Below are positions 31,127 through 40,848 of a DNA stretch of 64,000 nt, one piece after another. Each line of letters starts with the position of its first letter. Position 1 is the first letter of the stretch. The translations under genes were made by a program, and so were the position numbers. Location of the stretch: assembly GCA_024704765.1 (NCBI GenBank), contig JAKMXF010000312.1, positions 124,001-188,000 on the forward strand, read 5' to 3'. This stretch comes from Oopsacas minuta. Taxonomy: Eukaryota; Animalia; Porifera. The notes below the pieces were generated by a model. That model was not told the DNA's origin. It saw nothing but the letters and a program-made list of their open reading frames with translations, and ran no database searches.

Positions 31127-32164
31127 CTACTCAGCCTTGGCAACTGATTCCAAGTTATCTGCTTTAGGAATTCTCAAGATTTTCTCTTTATTTTCCGAAG
31201 ATACAATTTTCTTGTCTGGTCGCCGTTTTACGCGGGTAAACGGTCCCATATGGTCCTCAAATATCCAGGCATAAACCACCTCCCACCAGGAATAATGATG
31301 TGGCAGGGGGTCATAAAATTCAGGCGCCATTTCACGTACAAGTGGCAGTCTAGAACCTGGTATATAAGGGAAATCATGGTGCTCAATATGGTAACCGACA
31401 TTAAACGCCAGATAATTCCAGTACCCGTAATACGAGTAGGTTTCGTAGCCTTTAGCAAACATATAATGTTCTGCTATAAAATGGGCAGTCATAGGGTGCA
31501 ATCCCATACAGATCATGGTACCAATAAACAAATAGAAAAGAGACTTAAATCCGAAAAAGTATACAATACCCAAATCGAATGTAATCTGGACGAAGAAGTT
31601 TAGGATTTCAAAGCTATTTGGACCTTTAGGCCGGACCCAGAAGGGACGAACGATGTAGAAAAATGGTTGTAGGAACATCCAAACGACCTTCCCGACAGTT
31701 GACCCGAATAGTTTAGCCTCTACAGCCAGAGGGAGGTCCGAATCATAGTAATCAGTCCCTTGAAATCGATGATGTTCTGCATGGTACTTCTTGAAGGACA
31801 CAGACATTGGTACAGATACCGGGAGATTAGCCCAGATGCCAAACAGACGGTTCGCCCAGGGGTATAAATTACCGAACACGATGTTATGAGAGATGTCATG
31901 AATAGCTAGAGTGAGACTGTGATTAATAATACCACCAAAACAGTAGGCCATTACAACCACCCAGAAATAAGACAGATGAGAAGCTAAATAGGCCGCGAAT
32001 ATTTGAGTTATAACCAAGATAGAGACCGAATACCTTATGCTTGGACAGAGACCCATAAGGCTTTTGATCTCCGGGTGCTTAGCTAGGATTTGCTTTGTGC
32101 GATATGTATGTGGATGGTTTGTTTGGGTCCATTCGAAGTCCAATCGGGTTTGACTTTGCCCCAT
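31127..32164 (-). CDS. DEGS1: Sphingolipid delta-4 desaturase, intronless
   Basis: MGQ...DFEWTQTNHPH..RTKQILAKHPEIK; His boxes HDISH, HAEHH, HIEHH. Confidence 0.95.
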   Translation of the reverse strand: MGQSQTRLDFEWTQTNHPHTYRTKQILAKHPEIKSLMGLCPSIRYSVSILVITQIFAAYLASHLSYFWVVVMAYCFGGIINHSLTLAIHDISHNIVFGNLYPWANRLFGIWANLPVSVPMSVSFKKYHAEHHRFQGTDYYDSDLPLAVEAKLFGSTVGKVVWMFLQPFFYIVRPFWVRPKGPNSFEILNFFVQITFDLGIVYFFGFKSLFYLFIGTMICMGLHPMTAHFIAEHYMFAKGYETYSYYGYWNYLAFNVGYHIEHHDFPYIPGSRLPLVREMAPEFYDPLPHHYSWWEVVYAWIFEDHMGPFTRVKRRPDKKIVSSENKEKILRIPKADNLESVAKAE

Positions 32165-32642
32165 TTTTGAAGTGCTAAATAAACTCTAAATGTGTGAATT
32201 ATTGGTAAGAGGTGTATCATGACATTCATGCCACAATTGCGACACCTTTCATACTTCCCAACCCATTCTAACTATTTCCCGGGGTTTTAATCTCGTCTGT
32301 AGATAAATTCAAATATTCAATATTTTCCCGAGATTTACAAGAAATCAAAGTAAATAAATGCAAAATGTGTCCCCTAATAATACCCTCAAATCGTTGGGAT
32401 CGAGCAAAATCCTTTATATACAATGAAATGGGAACTAAAACCAATCAAGGTTCCGCCTATATTATATAAAACTTGGAAATTTAAGGAATTTTATCACACC
32501 TCTAATCCCAGGAATTATAACACGAGTTGGTAAGTAAGATAAACTACAAAAATATTAATATTAGTAAAGGAATAGAAATAAATAGAAATAAATAGAAAGT
32601 ATACATAAATAGAAAGACCTAAGATAAGTTTCGAAACGATAA

Positions 32643-33359
32643 TTAAAAGCTAGTAAGTAGCAAAACGAGTAGAATTAAGACCGTCATTACGAGATTACTC
32701 TCAAGGCCAATAGCAGAACTCATGCATTGGCTGCATGCTGCATGTTCCTCCGTACACTGATCAGATATTTTAAACAATTCAACATCTGGTTCGCCGTCAA
32801 TATAGTAAGTTAAATCGAATTCACGTAGTACATAAATTTCATCCTCTTCCAATGTAATTCTATAAATGAGAGGGCGTCGGAGGCAAACTTCTAAGTAAAA
32901 AGTAAAGTTATACACTGAAGATGGGTAGAAAAGCTCGTAAGTTCCTGGCGAAGTTTCATTTGCAAATTCGAGCCACCACCATGGATCTAATATTAATTTT
33001 AATGAGTCGTCATCAAGATTACTGGATTGGGTTGTACAGGTATCGTTATGAAGGTGAAAAATTGTTCTATCATCTTGGTGGCTGTAGATCCTGCGGATGA
33101 CAGTTTTCACCCCATCCTGTACTTCCTCACCCCCTCTTACAACTATTGCCCTGCCATTGGTATTTGAGTAATGCCAGTACGCATTATTAGTAACATATGA
33201 GGTGGTGATATCGTAGGTTGTATTGGAGGTGGTATTGAAGTAGGGAGTGATAATTGTTGTGGTGAGTGTCCCTTCATACGAATGGCTTGGAGATAATGTT
33301 AGAATTGCAGCACTCAACCCCGATAATGTCACAAGAAAAAGAAAGGAAACCGTCAACAT
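32643..33359 (-). CDS. Secreted, probably GPI/TM-anchored ependymin-related (EPDR-like) glycoprotein
   Basis: Signal peptide, several N-glycosylation sequons, IFHL...TCTTQ and PDVELFKISDQC resemble ependymin motifs (PDPxxFxxPxxC); hydrophobic C-terminus. Confidence 0.55.
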   Translation of the reverse strand: MLTVSFLFLVTLSGLSAAILTLSPSHSYEGTLTTTIITPYFNTTSNTTYDITTSYVTNNAYWHYSNTNGRAIVVRGGEEVQDGVKTVIRRIYSHQDDRTIFHLHNDTCTTQSSNLDDDSLKLILDPWWWLEFANETSPGTYELFYPSSVYNFTFYLEVCLRRPLIYRITLEEDEIYVLREFDLTYYIDGEPDVELFKISDQCTEEHAACSQCMSSAIGLESNLVMTVLILLVLLLTSF

Positions 33360-34251
33360 GGTAAAGGAAGTATTTTCACAACAACATGTATCTCAATAAA
33401 TATGTAAACACAAGTATGCCTATTCGTTAACTTACTAACCATAACTGGAGTGAAACAATTCAAAAACAGAAACTACTTGTGTGGTGACAGAACGGAAGTC
33501 GTATCTTACTTTTGGAATGCATTCACCAGCATACTTACACCTCACAGAAAGTAATGGCGTGTTAATCATAAGGTGAAAAGTTCCATAATGCATGCTTGCC
33601 GAGTGTTTTCCATTTTTGAAATATTTTTGGATAAGAGTTACATCAAAAGTTACTAAAGGGAATTTACTGTGAGGTAGAGACACTAATTACGGGTTAAATA
33701 TAGGGGGGGAAACGTGGAATCCCGGGAATGATTGATAACGCTACCAAGGCGGAGCCGGAGGGAGTATGCAAAGTGTGACTGCCCCATTCATTTTGCATCA
33801 CAACCGGTCAAAAAGAGAGTGGCACACGTACAGAGAGATGAATTGCGTGCGTTACGCACATTTGAATGACCTCAATAAGTAAATCATTTCTAGATATTTT
33901 TAGACTATCTATTTCATAATCATGATAACATCATTAAGCTATTCATGAGGGAGTGTCAAGACAAATCATTTACCTCATTGCTTCATAGTTCATAGGAGTT
34001 TAATTACCATATTTGACGCATGATCTTAGATCAGACAAAGTTAAAATAATGAATTACTCCCAACTTAAAAGCAAATTTTAGATTACTACGCGTCACCTTT
34101 GGAAGATCTATTCGTGAGATCTGTAACTGATTTGTTGTATGGAATAGGTATGGGTGTTGAAATTATACTCCCACTGGTTCTAAGTCATTTTCAGGTACTC
34201 CTCACTTTTAGAGCGGGGATTGATCCTGGATTAGTAGCTATACCCCTAGGA

Positions 34252-34852
34252 CAAGGGTGCTCAAACCGTGGCACGCCAGACCATTCGCTGTGGCCCGCAG
34301 ATAATTCGCTTGTTTTCATTATTCACATAATTATACGGTAATTTGAGGTGCTTCAATCCTCAGATAATAATTGTGTACTCTAAACACCAAATAGAAGAAT
34401 TACAAATATTCTACAAATGCTTTAATATTCCTAGAATGAATAAAGTATTTGGTAACTCTAGTTTGCATTAGGAATTCTATCAATCGTTAGAGCTTCACTA
34501 GTATAACTTAGGAGGCAAAACCTACATTGAAATGACGAGATATTCTGCAATGTTATTCTAGTATGAACAGTAGACAGCATACCCCAAATCTAGGTTTAGT
34601 ACTATTGTCCACTTGCTAGAAAAGAAGCTGATTTCAAAATAGACATCAAATGATTCGAATCCGTTTAAAAGATGATCATTTTAGTCAATAACCTGAATTT
34701 ACAAGTAGAATACATTGTCAATGCAATATGAGGTCTAATAGCATAGCTTCAAATTGATCAACTAAAGCTAGATGCGATCTATGATTTGTGGACCGTAAGG
34801 CGGAGCCAAAATTTTAAAGTGTCCCGTAGATTTAAAAGTTTGAGCACCCCTG
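34252..34852. mobile_element. Complete non-autonomous hAT-type element, 601 bp, 8-bp TSD
   Basis: TIRs CAAGGGTGCTCAAAC / GTTTGAGCACCCCTG (1 mismatch) flanked by a perfect CCCTAGGA duplication (34244-34251, 34853-34860). Confidence 0.9.
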
Positions 34853-35400
34853 CCCTAGGATATTGCTCTGGGCCATTTTGATGCGCTCCTCACTTGGAGG
34901 GGGAGATTTCTAGACAACCTTAAAAGCCATATTCGACAATTGAATGATTTTTTGTCCAAAAATAATTAAACGAATATAGTATTATCTAGCCAACTGAACT
35001 CAATTATAGCTGGGTTATAGCTGAGAAGGCGCAACGCCTGAGGGCGGATATGTGGATGTAGTGAAGTACCTGACATGTCTGAGTATATGAATCCACAGTC
35101 TACAAAGGGAAATGTTGAAATGATACCAATATATAGGACGTATAGTTTTAACCGTTTGCCGAAATAATTCAATTTTAGTTCAGTAGCCAAATATTTGAAT
35201 TCGTTTGTCAAGTTAATGCCGCATCCATAATTTATAAGCATAACTACGTTCTAATCTGCAATGCATTCATAGTCACTGAGCGATGCGGGGTACTATCTGT
35301 GTAGTAATGAATATCCATTGATACAAAAGGTATAAATAACTATTCGAATGCTTCTAGTAGTCACTAACTATTTCTTTATTGTTATATCCAACATCGAATA

Positions 35401-36088
35401 ATGGCAGAAGTCCAAGAACAACCAAAATGTAAGTTAAGACTTGATATTAGCGGGTATTCGAGGTATCCCTGTTCGATATAATGGGAGTTGATTGTGATCT
35501 GTTTATTCCATAGGTACTCCTACTGCAGATGACTTTCTCAAGGACGAGAAATGGAGGGCAAAAGCTAGTAACATGTTCGATGCACTAGACAAGGACAAAA
35601 AAGGGTATGTACCATTCGTGTTTTTCGAAAATTTGATAAAAAGCCATGAAACAGCCCTTAAGCCTGAACCTGAAGTTGCCCTCAATGTTCGCAAGGTACT
35701 ATACGAATACGCAGCGGCACTAGGGTTTTATCCATCAACTTATCAACACAAGGAAGAATTCGTGAAGAACTTTGCAAGCTTCATGGAAAAGGAAGTAGCG
35801 AGAGTAGGAAGGGGCGAGCAATCTCTCCTAGTCAAACGAAACGAGGTCATGTTTGAGTTGGTTTCTAAGAAGGAAAACGAATCGATTTACAAAGAGGAAT
35901 CGCTCCTTCTAGGCCGTGCAAATGGAAATCCAGATTGTCATACTCACAGTCTTTACGAGCAGTTAGATAAAGAGAATACCGGAAAATTGGACAAGAAAAT
36001 GCTGAGCAAACTGACTTATGATCTATGGTCCAACCTTGAACACACCGAAGAGCATAATAATCTCCACGGGATCCTAAAACAAAAGTAA
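35401..36088 (+). CDS. EF-hand protein of the photoprotein / coelenterazine-binding / SCP family, 2 exons (35401-35428, 35514-36088)
   Basis: DEKWRAKASNMFDALDKDKKGYV, LGFYPSTYQHKEEF, LYEQLDKENTGKLD, YDLWSNLEHTEEHNNLHGIL parallel the aequorin/Renilla luciferin-binding protein layout. Confidence 0.7.
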
Positions 36089-36683
36089 CCTGAACCATGG
36101 ATGTATTAATTAGTGAGTATATAGCCCCCCCAGTATCTGCATAGTAATGTCTAGAAATGTAGATTTAGTAAGAGTTGTGTGTGAGTAAATTCTTGTAATA
36201 TTACACTACTATTGCCTTGCCTTTACAATATTTACGTTATTTGGGTCGCCACTTGGGTCTATGGACGATAGCAGGGGGTCCACATGACCTATTGGAGTAT
36301 AGGGGAGGATTAATGGAATGTATTGACCAATTAAATTGCAGTCTACGATCAATACAAATACATTACAGTGCTAATTAAATTATGAACATCCATCAGAACT
36401 AATTTTAAGCATTTATGACTAATTGTAAGACCCTACAATCTGATTGAGCTAAAATACAAAGGTGTGAAAAGTGTGCAAATATACACATTAGAAATTTCCA
36501 AATGTCAGGTGCACAACTAGATGTCACTACGAGTACACATGCCAAATTTGGTGTATTAATCTCTTGAGGTGTGAACAGTAAAGCAAAAACATGAATATAT
36601 CAACCATTTTAGAACTGAGCCACTATGCCATGTAACAGTATTAGCCGCACAGTAAATAAGACATATGGTCACCCTGTATACTA

Positions 36684-37316
36684 AGCGTAGGACAGTACAA
36701 ATATCGCTCATAGAAGCGTAGGACAGCACAAATACCGCTCATAGAAGCGTAGGACAGTACAAATACCGCTCATAGAAGCGTAGGACAGCACAAATACCGC
36801 TCATAGAAGCGTAGGACAGTACAAATACCGCTCATAGAAGCGTAGGACAGCACAAATACCGCTCATAGAAGCGTAGGACAGTACAAATACCGTTCATAGA
36901 AGCGTAGGACAGTACAAATACCGCTCATAGAAGCGTAGGACAGTACAAATACCGCTCATAGAAGCGTAGGACAGCACAAATACCGCTCATAGAAGCGTAG
37001 GACAGTACAAATACCGCTCATAGAAGCGTAGGACAGCACAAATACCGCTCATAGAAGCGTAGGACAGCACAAATACCGTTCATAGAAGCGTAGGACAGTA
37101 CAAATACCGCTCATAGAAGCGTAGGACAGCACAAATACCATTCATAGAAGCGTAGGACAGCACAAATACCGCTCATAGAAGCGTAGGACAGCACAAATAC
37201 CGCTCATAGAAGCGTAGGACAGCACAAATACCGCTCATAGAAGCGTAGGACAGTACAAATACCGTTCATAGAAGCGTAGGACAGCACAAATACCGCTCAT
37301 AGAAGCGTAGGACAGT
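36684..37316. repeat. 31-bp minisatellite, ~20.4 head-to-tail copies
   Basis: Unit AGCGTAGGACAG(T/C)ACAAATACCG(C/T)TCATAGA, no spacers. Confidence 0.97.
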
Positions 37317-37535
37317 GAGCCACTATTTTATCCGTAGATAGTGCTAATTACATTTTGTATATGAAATATTCTCAGCTAATTAGATTAGCTCTTACAGAAT
37401 TAATCAGAGAAATTCGATATATAAATTTGATTGCCGTTCATGATTACTTTGTGAATATGTATAACAGTTATACATATAGCTAAAATTATAACACCTAGTC
37501 GTATAAATTAATTGGCATTCACAAAATATCACAAA

Positions 37536-38735
37536 ATGGAACAAAATTTGGATGCAAAACTGCAATTGATCGAAGAGACATTCGCAATCTGTCGACAAGA
37601 CATTGACACAAAATGTGACGAATTACACAATGCAATCGAGGTGTTAAGGCAGAACTTAATTATGAAACTGAAACTGGAACTAAAACACGCCCGCGTTAAA
37701 TTGGTAAAACGGCGGAAAAGAGCGGATACCATTAACGAAATTGAGCGCGTTTCTAGCCCGCGGGATTCGTTTCGTATGGAAGTCGAAAGTTTGCTTTTAA
37801 GAGGAAAATCTGATATTCTCGTCGACAAACCGTGTATATTGCAAATAAAATGGAACAAAATTGAATGGCCAAAGTTTAACACCTTAGCAACAATAACAAC
37901 AGAACACGCGCCATATTATAGACTGAAAAATAGGCCAATCAATTCATTCGCTCCTTTCAGTTCAACATTCCTTAACGTTGTACCGGAAAAAATAGCGATT
38001 GACTCTGAAACCAAATACCTCGCAATCACAGATAGCGAGCAAGCTGGTGTACATATTTTCACACCTGATGGACAACAAACACATATCATAAATCACACCT
38101 CAATGAAGGGACCATACGGTGTATTCATTGCAAGAGGGAAGGTTTATGTTACGGACATAAAAACCGATTTTGTGTACATTTTCGAATTTAGTGGGAGACT
38201 ATTGAAAAGGTTCGGGGGTAAGGGATCCACCCCGCACAAATTGGACAATCCTACAGCCATATGTGTCCAATGGGAAGGCGGATTTGAGCATATTTACGTG
38301 TGTGACACCAACAATGATGGTGTTTCGATATTCAACTCAAATGGCGCGTGTTTTCGGCGTTTGGCTTATAAATTATTGAACAAGCCTGTCGACATAAAAA
38401 TCGATAAATCTAATATTTACGTTTTGCATTATGCTGAAAAGTGTGTTTGTGTTTTCGACAAGAAAGGGACTATGATAGATAAAGTTTGTACAAATTATGG
38501 ACCAAGTCCTGTAGGGGATCTTGTAACACCTAAGTGTTTCGATTTAGATGAAGAGGGTAATTTCTATATTTTGGATCAGGCAAGCGATTCAGTCAAGGTG
38601 TTTGATCGTAAAGGAAATTGGGTACATTCTCTTGACAACGCGGGGGAGTTTATGGAATGTGTGAGTGTTACTGTGGCAGCTGGTGATTTGTATATATTGT
38701 CACGTCAAGGTGTGAATGCAGTACATAAATATTAA
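37536..38735 (+). CDS. Coiled-coil + NHL-repeat beta-propeller protein (TRIM-NHL-like, no RING/B-box), intronless
   Basis: N-terminal heptads, then NHL repeats (KGPYGVFIARGKVYVTD, LDNPTAICV...IYVCDTNNDGVSIF, LNKPVDIKID, PKCFDLDEEGNFYILD). Confidence 0.85.
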   Translation: MEQNLDAKLQLIEETFAICRQDIDTKCDELHNAIEVLRQNLIMKLKLELKHARVKLVKRRKRADTINEIERVSSPRDSFRMEVESLLLRGKSDILVDKPCILQIKWNKIEWPKFNTLATITTEHAPYYRLKNRPINSFAPFSSTFLNVVPEKIAIDSETKYLAITDSEQAGVHIFTPDGQQTHIINHTSMKGPYGVFIARGKVYVTDIKTDFVYIFEFSGRLLKRFGGKGSTPHKLDNPTAICVQWEGGFEHIYVCDTNNDGVSIFNSNGACFRRLAYKLLNKPVDIKIDKSNIYVLHYAEKCVCVFDKKGTMIDKVCTNYGPSPVGDLVTPKCFDLDEEGNFYILDQASDSVKVFDRKGNWVHSLDNAGEFMECVSVTVAAGDLYILSRQGVNAVHKY

Positions 38736-38851
38736 TATAATGTAAATATTCGTTGGAGCAATTATGTGTTGTTGTATGTGATTATATCTTATAATATGTT
38801 GTAACATATCAATAGTCTGACTGGTCGACTGGGCTAGGTAAAAGCCAAATT

Positions 38852-39073
38852 CTAGTTTGTTTACTAGTTTGTTTGCTATTTTGTTTACTAGTTTGTTTAC
38901 TAGTTTGTTTGCTATTTTGTTTACTAGTTTGTTTACTAGTTTGTTTGCTATTTTGTTTACTAGTTTGTTTACTAGTTTGTTTGCTATTTTGTTTACTAGT
39001 TTGTTTGCTATTTTGTTTGCTATTTTGTTTGCTATTTTGTTTGCTATTTTGTTTGCTATTTTGTTTACTAGTT
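38852..39073. repeat. Compound 12-bp-unit tandem repeat (GTTTGTTTACTA / GTTTGTTTGCTA / TTTTGTTTGCTA)
   Basis: Seen directly. Confidence 0.9.
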
Positions 39074-39111
39074 ATTAATGATAGTAAACAAACAATTTCA
39101 AAATTGTTAAT

Positions 39112-40738
39112 AAATTGTATAGAAAGAATAATTATTAAAAATAACCCATAACATTGCTGTAATATTCAGAATTATATTGTTTGAGTTAAGATTCTTATTT
39201 GCTTTATATAACTTCTACAAAACTTTCATAAAACTAAACTACAGGTAAGTTGAGCTTTATGCTCTGGGAGTCTTCCGGCACCCTTATCCTATAAAAATGA
39301 GTTACTAGTTCTGATTTTAGTTCTGTTATGGTGGTAGTGATTAGGTTACTGATAGCTGGCATCATGTTTCAGCTACAACATACACTCTGCATCTTATTTC
39401 GTCATCGCATGAATATTCTCATTATTTCAACTACGTGGTATAAACTGGCTGGAGTACATTATATCCATTCAGAGAAGATATGTTAATATTAGTACATTCT
39501 AGAGATAATTATTGTAGTAACCATGGATAGCGTATTTTTGTCAAGCTTTACAGATAACTAACCATTATTAAAAGATATGGTAAATACATTTTGATGTCAT
39601 CTCAAACTATTGTGAGGCAATCACAATTATGGGTGCTTGTAAGTGCTCAAGGCCATTTAATAAGAGGTAATCGAGTACAGTAAACATTGGAATTAACGAC
39701 TCATTTTGCTTGCCCAGAATCTCCCAACATTATTTGGCACAAACTATACCTCGGGTATAACGACACATTGAATTTAGCGACATATTTTCTGTCTGCCCCA
39801 TGCAAATCCCATCGGATATCATTACTTTTGGGCTGTCTGTACTGTGGACTTCAGAAAAGTGTACGAATTAATGTATTATTAAGGTATAATATTGGTTTAA
39901 TTATAAACCAATAAAACCTCCCCTGTTTTGAATCAACACCTAACTTCTTGCAAAAATGCATATTTAAAGCTATTGTACGAACAATGGAATGTTAAAATTT
40001 TATCTTCATGGATTCGAGCGGAGTTGGCAAAAGGAAGCGTTTTTCTTTTGCTAAAAATACGAGATTTTCAAGGAGCTTGATACAGATAATACAACATAGT
40101 ATAACATGAATAAATTTGGATGTCATCAGGTGTATTATGCATATTTAAAGCTTCCTCGCATTTAGTGATAGATCGGATATAACGACCTTTTTAGCCTGCC
40201 CAAACGAGTGTCGTTAAATCGATTCGTCCCCATCAGAGCGAAACCCATTAAGCCAATTATTTGACGGTTTAATAAATAAATGATTTAAATCCAATGTTTA
40301 CTGTATAAGGAAATACTTCCAAGCTATAAGAAGTAAGGGGCTGCCAGATAACGTGTCCACAAAGTTCTTGCCATTACAGTGAAGTATCACAAAACGGAAA
40401 ATATTAACAATCATATAACTCTGTAAAAACGGATAGAAAACAATAACCCCCCACCCATGGTATCAGGAGACCACAGTTAAGTGTACTGGGTAAAGACAAA
40501 ATGCAACCTAATCCATAACGTAGCAACTACAGAAAAAAACATAAGAAACTCATTTTTATAGGATAAGGGTGCCGGAAGACTCCCAGAGCATAAAGCTCAA
40601 CTTACCTGTAGTTTAGTTTTATGAAAGTTCTGTAGAAGTTATATAAAGCAAATAAGAATCTTAACTCAAACAATATAATTCTGAATATTACAGCAATGTT
40701 ATGGGTTATTTTTAATAATTATTCTTTCTATACAATTT
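39112..40738. repeat. 192-bp near-perfect inverted repeat pair (39112-39303 and 40547-40738) enclosing 1243 bp
   Basis: Arms match at 191/192 by manual comparison; no TSD found at the outer edges. Confidence 0.92.
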
Positions 40739-40848
40739 CTATTGAGAAGCTCATTGGAGCATTCAATGCATTTTATCCGTTGTAATTAGCTTCATTATTA
40801 TTGAAGATATATATAATACTTCTCTTGGAATAATTAGTTCCATATGTA

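Noticed and set aside
36684-37316. Possible CRISPR array (31-bp repeats)
   Set aside because: Units are directly head-to-tail with no unique spacers, there are no cas genes, and the context is eukaryotic; it is a minisatellite.
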